Shown: piece after piece, positions 1 through 10,156 of the stretch
Numbering within the stretch: position 1 is the first letter of the stretch
Layout of the letters: every line of letters starts with the position of its first letter
Source of the DNA: Saprolegnia diclina VS20
Taxonomy: Eukaryota
Assembly: GCF_000281045.1 (NCBI RefSeq)
Contig: NW_008246075.1
Coordinates: 715,344 to 779,343, forward strand
Direction of reading: 5' to 3'
Length of the DNA: 64,000 nucleotides
Program-made: the position numbers and the translations under genes
Notes under the pieces: model-generated
What the model was told of the DNA's origin: nothing
The model's database searches: none
The model's input: the letters and a program-made list of their open reading frames with translations, nothing else

Positions 1-210
1 TTGGGCAACCCTGCGCCGACTCGATCATCCATCCACGCCGCCCTCTGCAAAGAATTCGCAAGGACTCTTCATCGACTGTTGGCTCTACTGACATGCACAG
101 CTGTTGTTGTTGAAGTGAGTCTATTTAGATATAATTTACACTGAACTGTTTTTGGGGGGGTGGACTTTCGATTCAGAGCGTGTTGTGCTAGACGGCAGCA
201 GCGGCGAGGC

Positions 211-462
211 TTAGCCGTGTTGAAGGCGAGGCGTGTGGATGGCGCACGCCGGGACGAAGTGGTCACGAAGCCAGGCATCGTGGCGCAGGGCGTACATCAT
301 TTGGAAGAGGCACATCGCTTGGGTATTCAGCATCAAGTGGTGAAGGTGCATCTTGGTCAAAAACGCGGCGCGGGCGGCGGCCGCTTCGGGTGTCACGACG
401 GGCGCCTCGGGACGGCACAGCTGTAGTAGTAGCACATTCGTACCAGTCGGTCGTCTGCTCAT
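211..462 (-). CDS. small hypothetical protein (83 aa)
   Basis: ATG-started ORF with GC-rich, coding-like codons followed by AT-rich sequence; no recognisable domain. Confidence 0.3.
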   Translation of the reverse strand: MSRRPTGTNVLLLQLCRPEAPVVTPEAAAARAAFLTKMHLHHLMLNTQAMCLFQMMYALRHDAWLRDHFVPACAIHTPRLQHG

Positions 463-1420
463 CCTATGGGCCTCGTTTCGTCATAAGCCTCCAAACAGAT
501 CTTATTCGTTTACAATATCCCATACCTTGGAAACCGTAGTGCCGAGCCACGAAGCGTAGGACGCTGTTCGACAAAGGGGCGGCTAGACTCAGCGTTGCGG
601 TGCTATTATGTCACCAAGAACGCGTTTGCACTACTTGTGTGCTAGCGTGGTTGCCCTGCTCACTCCAAACGTCGCAGAGTTTTCGTTCATGGGACGTGGA
701 TTGATTGAGCCAATTGACGTTTCCATGGTATTTGTCGTTGAGAATTTTGCGCTATTCATTCTATACGTAGCTACAATGTTCTTTTGAAAGAAAAGTGAAG
801 AGGCCATTCCCGACCACGGCTACGACAAAGCGACAACCGCTACGTTTCTTGAAGGACATAACGGTATGATGCCAGCCAGTGGATGTTAACGACCGATGCA
901 CGAAGAATGCTACTAGCGCTGTTGAATGATTGCGTCCGTCGTATGCGCCCAGCTGCTGTGCCACAGAATCAGAAGCAGAAAGATCCTCCACGAGAACTCA
1001 ACTTTGGACACTCCGCGCGTAGAGCGCCCAACGATATGCTAGTAGAAAATAGACGCGTCTTGCGCGTCTTGACGACCAGCTCTCGATGTACGGCTGCAAC
1101 GACCCGCGGACATAGCCCTTTGAGTTATCAGATGGAGCAGACCCGTTTATGTGGTCGACGAATCAGTAGAGTACCAAAGCCCTGGACCGTTGGACGTCTA
1201 CCCTCGCTTTCAAATGCCAGTGTCGTGCCTTTTGCATTCCAGTAGCGCACGATCTAGTCCATGAAGAGGTGATTCGACACACAGGTACGCAGGACGGCAT
1301 CTTTGCCAAGAAATAAAGTTCCTATAATCTGAGAATTTGTACTCACATCTGAGTCGAACTAGATGGAGCCATCAGCGCCAAGACAGGGCGTGCGCACAGA
1401 CCACGATTCGCCTTTGGACG

Positions 1421-3103
1421 ATGCAATTCGACGGGACGCTCGCAGACCGCGTGTCGTTTTTCAGCTCGTCACTTTACCTCGATGCCTTTAGCCCCGTTCC
1501 GACCAACGACCTCGTCGAGCCGCTCGGCAAGCACCTTCGGCGGCTGTGGCCGCTTCTCGCCCAGTACGTTGCCATTGGCCTTCTTCACGGCGCGATCGTA
1601 TCGCTCGGGTATCCCTTCTTTGTCGCGTACTTTCGATTACCAGGCCAGCACCTCCATGCGATCGCTGCGCTGCTGACCGCTGCATGGGCAGGAAAGCCAG
1701 TCTTCCATCTTCTCGCCATATACTGTCCCATTGCCGGCCAGAACCATAAGCCGTACATGCTTCTTGGCTGGGTGTGCTGTGCTCTCAGCCTTGGTGCCTT
1801 GGCACTGCGCGACCACGGGCAGCCCTTCGACGTCTATGGGTCGCGCCCGCTTGTGCCGCGACGACACTTTATGAACCCGGCTGCGATTGCACGCGGCTCG
1901 ACGTTGGCATTACAGCTGCTCATTCCGAGTCTCGGCGCGGCCATGGTGCACACCAACGCAGACGCACTCGTCGCTCGATACAGCGCCACCTGCAACATCC
2001 ACCAGCGTCACCTCGACGCCTGCGTCTTTGGCTCACGGGCGCTGGCCAGCGCGACGGCAAGTATCCTCGTTGGGTGCGGCTTCAACTCGCCGGCGTTTGG
2101 AGGCGCCTCGTCGCAGCACGCGCCGATCGCACTGCTCTTTGGTCTCCTCACAGCGGTGAGCGCCAGTCTTCTCGTGCTCTCGGGGTGCTGCATTAATGAC
2201 GCGGACGCGTCACGACGGTGCCTCAAATCCGACATGCGTGGTCTTTTGCGCCTCGTGCGCGCTTCGCCAGTTCGCCACCACATTGTAGCAAGCGGCGTCC
2301 TGCATTTTTTTGGCGCGACGACAATGGCGTCGACAGCGGCACCGTACGTGCGGTATTTCTGGGGCGAGATCGAAACGCGGAGCTACGTGCTATGGCACGT
2401 TGGCAGCAGCGCTGGCTTTGCACTTGTCGTCGCTGCCACGGCCATGTACGGCAACGGCTGGAGCTTTCGCCGCACCCTTATCCTGACGACTCTCGCATCC
2501 ACGGGCCTCGAGACGCTCGTGCACGGACTTGCCATCGCCAACGTCGTGCGCAACGAAACGTTCTTCCTGGCCGTAACTTTTCTCGAGGTCGTGCCCGCCG
2601 GCGTCCAAAGTATGCACCTGGCCATTCTCGCCTTGGAGTTTACCGAGGCGCTGCGCGAGCGCACCGACGACGAATCGGCCGTTGCGCTTTTTCGCAGCCT
2701 CTTGGCCATGTCCAACAACGCGGCGATGCTATTTGCTGCGGTCGTCGCCAACGTCTACTGCGCACTATTTCTCGTCACGCCAACACGCATTGCTGCCGAC
2801 TCGGACGCGGTGCGAAGCGACGTGGCTGCGACGTACGCCTTCTCCTACCTGATGAACGTCGTGTCGACACTCGCGGCCGTGTATTTGCTCCCTGTGCGCG
2901 ACGAGCAATGGAGGCTTGCTACCGGCCGTCACCTTTCGCAGACCAGCAAATGTGTTGCTGGCCTAACCGTCGTCGGGCTTGTCGCCGTCGACAGTCTCGT
3001 CATTTTGCTGCTTACGCTTTGGTACCCGTACACGCACTCAATCGTCCTCGGTGGGCCGGGCTCCGTCCCGCCAGCGGTTGTCGTAGCTCCAAACCCGTTA
3101 TAG
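1421..3103 (+). CDS. folate-biopterin transporter (FBT/BT1)-like MFS membrane protein, divergent
   Basis: Long intronless ORF with many hydrophobic segments; AWAGKPVFHLLAIYCPIAGQNHKPYMLLGW resembles the FBT WxxKxxxGxxSDxxPIxGYRRxPY motif; start codon uncertain. Confidence 0.7.
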   Translation: MQFDGTLADRVSFFSSSLYLDAFSPVPTNDLVEPLGKHLRRLWPLLAQYVAIGLLHGAIVSLGYPFFVAYFRLPGQHLHAIAALLTAAWAGKPVFHLLAIYCPIAGQNHKPYMLLGWVCCALSLGALALRDHGQPFDVYGSRPLVPRRHFMNPAAIARGSTLALQLLIPSLGAAMVHTNADALVARYSATCNIHQRHLDACVFGSRALASATASILVGCGFNSPAFGGASSQHAPIALLFGLLTAVSASLLVLSGCCINDADASRRCLKSDMRGLLRLVRASPVRHHIVASGVLHFFGATTMASTAAPYVRYFWGEIETRSYVLWHVGSSAGFALVVAATAMYGNGWSFRRTLILTTLASTGLETLVHGLAIANVVRNETFFLAVTFLEVVPAGVQSMHLAILALEFTEALRERTDDESAVALFRSLLAMSNNAAMLFAAVVANVYCALFLVTPTRIAADSDAVRSDVAATYAFSYLMNVVSTLAAVYLLPVRDEQWRLATGRHLSQTSKCVAGLTVVGLVAVDSLVILLLTLWYPYTHSIVLGGPGSVPPAVVVAPNPL

Positions 3104-3226
3104 ATTGAAGTGTCTTGTCCATCTCAGCGTCTGCCACGTCACGGTTGGGTTGCGTGTGATCAGCCACGAAGATCGCCCGTGTATTCGTTTCGGGCCAATA
3201 TCAATTGTAAGAGGTTTCTACAAAGC

Positions 3227-3983
3227 ATGAACGCCGAGGTGGAGGCCGGCGCGGTCTTCTTCGACCCGGACCACTACATCTGCACCGCCTCGGTTCGCCG
3301 CCCGTCCGCTGCGTGTGGCCTCATAAGGCCGCGTAGGGCAACAAGATCAGCCGTGACTCGACGCTCTGCTGCACCAAGAACATCCTGCTTCGGGGCAAAA
3401 CCATCATCAACGCGTCCACGATCCTCCGTGGCGACCTGGCCAAGATCTCGCTTGGGAAGCTCTGCATCATCCGCGAGTCCTGCGTGCTCAAGCCGCCACC
3501 CAAGATCCTTCCCACGTACGTATATGCATCGTCTGGTGCCCTCCATGCTGACAGCGAGCTATAAGCGGCATGCTCTTCATTCCGCAGACCATCGGCGACC
3601 ACGTGTACATTGGCGAAGGCTCCATCATCGAGGCCGCACGCATCGGATCGTGCGTGCAGATTGGGAAGAACTGCGTCATTGTACATGTCCCTACTGCCGC
3701 CGTCATGTATCTCATCTGTGCTGACAGGGCAAGCGCGTGATCATCCGCGACTGCTGCTACATTGCCGACAATACGATCATCCCGTCGGACGAGATCATTC
3801 CGCCATACACGCATGTGAGTGGCATCCCGGGTAATCGAGCAATTTACCAATTCGATCCGGCACCCATGGTCACTTGGCGTAGGGACGTCGACCCACGAGC
3901 TGCCGGAAGCGACCCAAGACCTTTGTATGGCCCAAGTCGCGCGGTACTTTGAGAATTTTCGCGCTGGGAAACCCAACGAATAA
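3227..3983 (+). CDS. DCTN5: dynactin subunit 5 (p25), spliced
   Basis: Joined exons give [85 protein letters not shown], the left-handed beta-helix pattern of p25. Confidence 0.92.
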
Positions 3984-4008
3984 ATCTTTTTTGCGACCGT
4001 ATTAAAGC

Positions 4009-5471
4009 TTAAAGCCATTTTTTGGTGCCATTGAGAAGATGCGACTTCTTTGTCGGGCTCACTGCCGGCTTGTAGAAGGCTACGTCGTCGACCATAAGTT
4101 CGGAGATGGCACGTAAGGTCTCTCTGCGTACCTGGGCCTGGCGCCTTGCCTCGTAGCAGATCTTGGCCGCGCTTGGTGGACGACCTGAAGACACTCGAGA
4201 CGTCGGCTGTCGACTGCGGCATCGATCCCTCATAAGCGCCAGGGCCTACACACATTCGTCAAGGCTTTGAGATCGAAGAACAAGGTACCAGGAACGTCCA
4301 GAACGTCGCCTTTGCGCGAACTCAAGTGGCCAAACCGGTCGGCGGCGCCCTTCTTGAACATGCTACTCGCTTGCGCTTGCGCAATGGTGTCCCGCAGCAG
4401 GTGCTTCTCAGCTGCTTCGACGCCGTACGCGCCGGGCCCTACGCCGAGTTCTTAGCAAATCTTGTTTCTATAAAGATAATACCCGGTACGGCCAGCGTCT
4501 TGGGTGTCTCGACGCGCTTGACGCTCGACCGAAAGATGCCTTGGGGTCGGTCCCAGTCGGCGTCCCGTCCGAGCTCGATCGGGTTCTCATACTGCCCTAA
4601 AGCATGCACCAGGGTTGGCGGAAATTCTACAGACGCAGGTACCAGGGGCCGGCACGTCGGAGCGGGGTACAAAGCCGCGGTGGGACTTGGAGACGAATGC
4701 ACTGCGCCCACTCGGCGCGTTGTGGCGCGGTTCCTTGACGTTGTAGTTGCCCGGGCCTGGCACGTTGGACGCCGTTTGGTTGTTGTAGCGCTCCTACAAG
4801 CGGTTTGCAGGGAAAGCGGACACGCAGGAAGTACAGTCGGCGCAAAGCTGCTGAGGCCAATCCGCCGGTTGAACGACGGCTTCTCGGGCCTACGCCACGT
4901 GTTTAGGCCACGGAAACTTAGACTCTGGCGTGTACAGCGACGATGCGTACTGTCCCGGCCCCGGCACCGTCTCGTACGTCTGGTTGGAGAAGCGCTTGAC
5001 CTGTACGCGGCCAATGACAATCTGTACATACCAGAATATATACATACTTTGGAGACGAAGCCCGAGCCATAGCCTTTCTGTGATACGCTGCCCGATGTCT
5101 CGGTCGTCACGAGCAGCGTCGGTGGCTTGTAGTATGCGCCGGGTCCTGGCAGCTCGTTCTACAATGCGATATGGATACGCAGCCGTCATAGGACGTGGAT
5201 GGTATGGACCTCGGCGTCGCCAAACCGATTGGTACGGCTTCCAAACGCATTCGTCTCGCGGTCGCCGGCGTTCAAGATTGTTTCAAACTTGGACGGGATC
5301 GACGCCGAAGGTTTCTGCATCCCGCCGCTCCATACCTTTCTTTGAGATATGGATATTCAGTACCTGGTACTGCGCAGGCCGGACTTGAACGTGGCCTTTC
5401 CGGACGCTACCCGCGTGCTTGGTGCCGACCTGTCGGAAGTTGTGCGCCTTGGACGCATCGTCGAGGAACAT
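4009..5471 (-). CDS. SHIPPO/sperm-tail PG-rich repeat protein (ODF3/STPG-like), spliced
   Basis: Repeated PGPGxY motifs (VPGPGQY, GPGAY, APGP) with FxSxxKR-type linkers across several exons; ends HLLNGTKKWL. Confidence 0.75.
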
Positions 5472-5566
5472 GTTTGCACGTGGTACAAATTTAGCCGCCG
5501 GTGCCCCGGGGCGCGCCTGGCGATCTTGGCACAAACAGCAGTTGCGCATTTGCGATCTGATCAGAT

Positions 5567-6855
5567 ATGCCGCACAAGGTCGTTGCAGTGCTGGCACAGG
5601 TATTCCCAAGGTGATGTCGGGGACGCGATGTGGACATGGCGCGTAGATGCGCTGCGAGCTCACACAGCTTCAGCACGAGCTCCATCACCTCCACCAAGAC
5701 CGCAACGCCGCGACGACCAAGTTTGCGCTGCCGGTATGCGCTGCAACGTCCATGGAGGATCGATCCATACGCCTTGTATAGGACGTGTACGGCGATGCGC
5801 TCGCGACATCCCGCGGGCTCCGACGCGCCTCGTTGTGGCTCGCACGCTTGACGCGTCTACGAGAGTTGTTGGACGCGCGGCGTGTGGCCAAGATTCTGGC
5901 CCGTCTGAACCGCTGCATCGACGAGAAGCAGGTGCAGATCGTGCTCCAGCGGCGGCAGATCGTTGCGCACTGCATTGCGTATCAGCTCCCGTTGCCGCCG
6001 CTGCTGGCGCGCATGCCGCCCAATGTCTTTGACCGCGCGTACTTGGGGCGCCTCTGCGACGCGACCAAGGCGACGACGCAGGCGCTGGCTGCGCGCCTCG
6101 CAGTCGCACCCGCCTCGACTGCAATGTGGCATTTTACGACCTTCTTGGACGAGCGCACGACCGCAGTCTCGTACCGCGTGCAGACGCCGCCGCTGAGACT
6201 GAGAGCTGCGGATGCCGCCGACGCTGTCTGGGACCTCCACGCGACCCGCACGGACTTTGATGCGCTTTACGGCTACCACTTGACCGACTACACGGTTGGC
6301 GGTTAGATCGTCGCGTTGGTTAACGGTTGTTGCGACTAGATTGTGAACCGCGGCGCGAGCTTCCTCATTGCGCGCGTCTGCTTGCTCGGCACAGACATGG
6401 TCGTGTACATTTTCTGCTTTCGCGCCAAAGTCCGCGATTTTTATGAAGTTCATATGCTCATCCTCGACTATGAGCTCAATAGCCTTGGGCTCATGTGCAC
6501 GTACGACGCGCCTACATCACGCAGGATAACGTCAATGGTCTGATTTAGGGCGACTATTGCGCCGAGTGCCGACGGAAGCGTCATGGTCTTGACGGGCTCC
6601 TTCTTGCTTCTCGATCGCGAACACTGGAGTGCGCTGGACGCGCCGGGGCGAGCCGACTACATGATGAAGAAGCATACGTTTGGGCTCGTGCGCTGGCTCC
6701 GCGACAAGGTTTGCGAGCGGTCCGGCGAGTGGTGCTACAACGAGACGAGAAACGACCGCAAGGAGCTGCGCACGACCTTTGCGTGCGTCTTGAAGCTGGC
6801 GGCCGGCCACCACGCTGGGTACCGTGTTGTGGTCGCGACACAGCACCACATCTGA
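5567..6855 (+). CDS. hypothetical protein, paralog A (coiled coil plus alpha/beta domain), 5 exons
   Basis: Exons join as MPHKVVAVLAQ|MRCELTQLQHEL..|DVYGDAL..YT|IVNRG..MCT|ATIAP..QHHI with GT-AG introns; similar to 8532-9905. Confidence 0.75.
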
Positions 6856-8514
6856 TACGCGGCATGTGGGTGTGCCACGTCACAGACTTGTTTATAAGAT
6901 ATCAGCAGGCGAAATAAATTCTCGAGTTTGCCCCACCCACGATCAGTGGGTAAAACAGTATTTCCCATTTGGCGTTGGTCCCACTGCGCGAATTGACAGA
7001 GACGCGTCAACAAGTAGCATATATCTCATGCTGGAAGATTCAATTTAGTACACTGTACAAAAGACCAAGCCGTGCGCCTCAGACCCAAAGTGGCGTGGGT
7101 GGGAGGATCGACGAGCAGCTAATAAGCTTACACCTCAAGCGACGACACTCGGTCGTCAGCGAATTTGCACAAGATGTGCAATCACCTTCTGATCTGCGTT
7201 CGTTCCAAATATTATTGCCGGACCCCGGTGTACCGGTACGCAGTCCAAGATCACACGGTGCGTCAAGCTGACCGTCACCGCATTTCGCATGCATGGTGCT
7301 GCACGGTGATGCCACGTCATACAAATCAAGCGGCATTATGCTGCAAGTTGCTCGTATACGCTACACCCTGGTGCCAAAATGTGTTGGTTTGGCTCTGGAA
7401 CCAACTGTAGTTGATCCTTAGGGCTCTTGCGACCGCTTCTCGCGCCACTCTTGTGCTGAAAGTAGCTGTGATGTGGCCCGTCGGGCTGCTCTGACCGATC
7501 GACGCAGCTGCAAGCTGCGGAAGCTTTTCGGTAGCTTAGCTTTACAAGTAGTACGTTCGGTTGGCGAATTCGTTGAATATAACGCACGAGACACGAACAA
7601 CCGATCACTGCCACCCATGACCACGCTGAGACTGGACAGCTTGACGGTGCCCGATGGACCTCGCTCGCTTCCGACAGCCAGAACCAAGTGGCAAAATAAG
7701 TTCTATGCATACACCATCTCGACACGACCATCGCCGTGCAGTAAAAGGAGGCGTTCAACGCAGCACAAGTCGTCGACGGCTACCTACGGTATTGGCAGCA
7801 CCCGAGCCCCCTCGGATTCGCCCGAGGCACGTCGAAGTGGCTACTTGAGGTTACCAAGCGTTGCTTTGACAGAGCCTGGTCATCCCGCGGTAGCCTGCCT
7901 CGAGCGATGAAGAATCTTGAGGCCAGTCAAACGTGCTAAATAACTGACCACGCACAACGCGCAGACAACGCTGTTCCAAATGACCACGGGCGCGTCGCTA
8001 CATTCGAGGCAGGTGCGTCGGCGGGCCAGCACCACAGACAAAGCCAAGGTGCGATACGAGTGTACCATGCCCACTCTTGACGCAGCGCTCTCCTTCACTA
8101 TGGTACCTCAAAGGCGTCAAGTGCGAGGGTCTCTGTGGCCCAATTGCCATCTATCTTAACGTGACTGCTAGGAGAGCTCGCCACGTCATTACCTTGAATA
8201 AAGTATGATTAATCATCTGCCTGTTGACCGGTGAGAATGGCAAAGACCGTTGCGTGCCCCGCGGCTCGGGCCCTCTCTTGAGAAAGGCATTGCCGACCGA
8301 ACGTCAACAACGAGCGGGTGGCCGAGGAGGGTGCACTTCGGGTCGTTGGATCTGGCCTGCGGTGCTGCCACGTCATGGCCTGGTGTTCGAATCGCGTCGG
8401 GCAGCTGCGCTCGAATCTGAGCACTGTCAAGTTGTGCATTGCAAGGCGCAGTGTGGTGTGTCCCGATCAGAACTGGGCTTGGGCTCGCGAATAAATTTGC
8501 CGCCTCTCGGGCCA

Positions 8515-8530
8515 CTCACTTTTCATTTGC
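8515..8530 (+). promoter_or_regulatory. oomycete INR+FPR-like core promoter
   Basis: CTCACTTTTCATTTGC immediately before ATG 8532. Confidence 0.55.
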
Positions 8531-8531
8531 C

Positions 8532-9905
8532 ATGCTCGGCCCCTCGCCACCGACGTGCGCCATCATCGAGGTGCGCCGAGCTCTCACAATGCGATGCTAT
8601 GCACCATGTTTAGACGCGTCGCCACGTCGTGCAGCTCCAGCACGAGATGCGCGGGTGCCTCCGCGACCTCGAGGATCTCCAAGAGCGCAAGGCCCGGCGC
8701 GCCTGCTCCTCGGTACGAAGCTGCGTGTCTCATAACAGCAGCACTAACATTCGTATCTAGTACATGCCCAAGAAGAAGTACGCGTCGCGTCTCGACAAGC
8801 AAAAGGCCGAGCTCGCACGCATCCATGCCACACTCGAGCGTCACGCGGCATGGACGGCGTACAACGCCAAGCACTCAAGCCTCCACGCACTCCGCACGCA
8901 AGCGTGGAAGCTTCGATTGGACATGGCCAACGCCCAGCAGCAGATCTCCAACTTGGGGCACGAGATCTCGATCCTCGTGGTCCAGTACGAGGCGTGCTTG
9001 CCGACGCTCGGCGCGTACGAAGCGACGATCGACCGCCTCTTCTTGACCAAGCTCTTCGCCATCATCCACACGCAAGCATTTGCCGTCAGCGACAAGATCA
9101 TCCACACGCTCAATGACGCGTGCCGCGTGCCAGCGCCATCCAAGCATTGGCACCTCTCGACGTACTTTCCTCGCCAGACCGAGGCCGACAACTCCGTCTT
9201 TTACAAGATCACGACGCCGCTCCACCTGCGCACCGCCGTCGAGGTGGCCGATGCTCTCTGGAGCATCTATCGCGACCTCGACGGGTACGAGCGAGAGTTT
9301 ATGGGGTACCTCGCCAATCCCAAGGTGCGACACGGCCGATGACTCGTTTGGTATAATGCGTCGAGCTAGTATGTGTACGAGGATGACGACCTGGCCGTCG
9401 TGCGCTGCGACCTCAAGGCGCCGAACTTTGGCCCCATTGTGCTCTACAAGTGCTTCTTCCGCATGCGCGTCAACCGCGACTACTATATCCACACGGTCAT
9501 CTTCCGCAACGGCCTCGTCGACGTGTGGCAGTCCTCCACGTACTACTGCGATATTGGCAAGTGCAATGTGAGTGAACCAATCATAGGACGCGCGTCTATG
9601 ACGGGGCAACTCCCGGTGCCTCCTGCCGCCTTGAAACCATCGGCCTCTTCCGCGTGCTCAACATGGTCAACTGGGATCGCCGCTCGATGGAGAGCCGGCG
9701 CGACGAGATGATCAAAATGGACGCGCTTGGGTCCATGCGCTGGGCCAAGGACCTCCCGGACAACATCGTCTCGCGCAAAGGTACGTGGTACTACCACGAG
9801 GCGCCGGTCCCTCCCCAGAGTCCCATTTTCAAGACGAGCTCGCTCGTTTTGAAGCCCTTCTTCCCCACCAAGCGCGACCGCCGCTTTGCGATTATCCTCG
9901 ACTAG
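8532..9905 (+). CDS. hypothetical protein, paralog B (coiled coil plus alpha/beta domain), 5 exons
   Basis: Exons join as MLGPSPPTCAIIE|TRRHVVQLQHEM..|YMPKKK..NPK|YVYEDD..SST|TRVYDG..FAIILD; similar to 5567-6855. Confidence 0.78.
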
Positions 9906-10011
9906 CCCTATTCTCTGGGCTTCAATGCACTCCAGCTAATATACATTTCGTTCAACAGATTATCTTCCACCTCCCCACACTCTCGGCAGATTCCTCGTTG
10001 ACAGCACACGA

Positions 10012-10036
10012 CTATCTATCTATCTATCTTTCTATC
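10012..10036. repeat. (CTAT)n microsatellite
   Basis: ctatctatctatctatctttctatc. Confidence 0.7.
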
Positions 10037-10156
10037 GAGACTTTGCTTTGGGATACGGTGCTATCCGCGGGCCACCTTTTTCTCGTGTCTCTCTTCCATC
10101 GACAATACTGTGCACGGTTCGATTCCATTGCTTAAAAATCACGCAACTCTAGTCGT

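Noticed and set aside
6900..8500. Transposon or gene in the long spacer
   Set aside because: No transposase or reverse transcriptase motifs, terminal repeats or codon-biased ORF visible
10116..10126. B-box-like GGTTCGATTCC suggesting a tRNA or SINE
   Set aside because: The flanks do not pair into a T-stem, and no acceptor stem or A-box is visible
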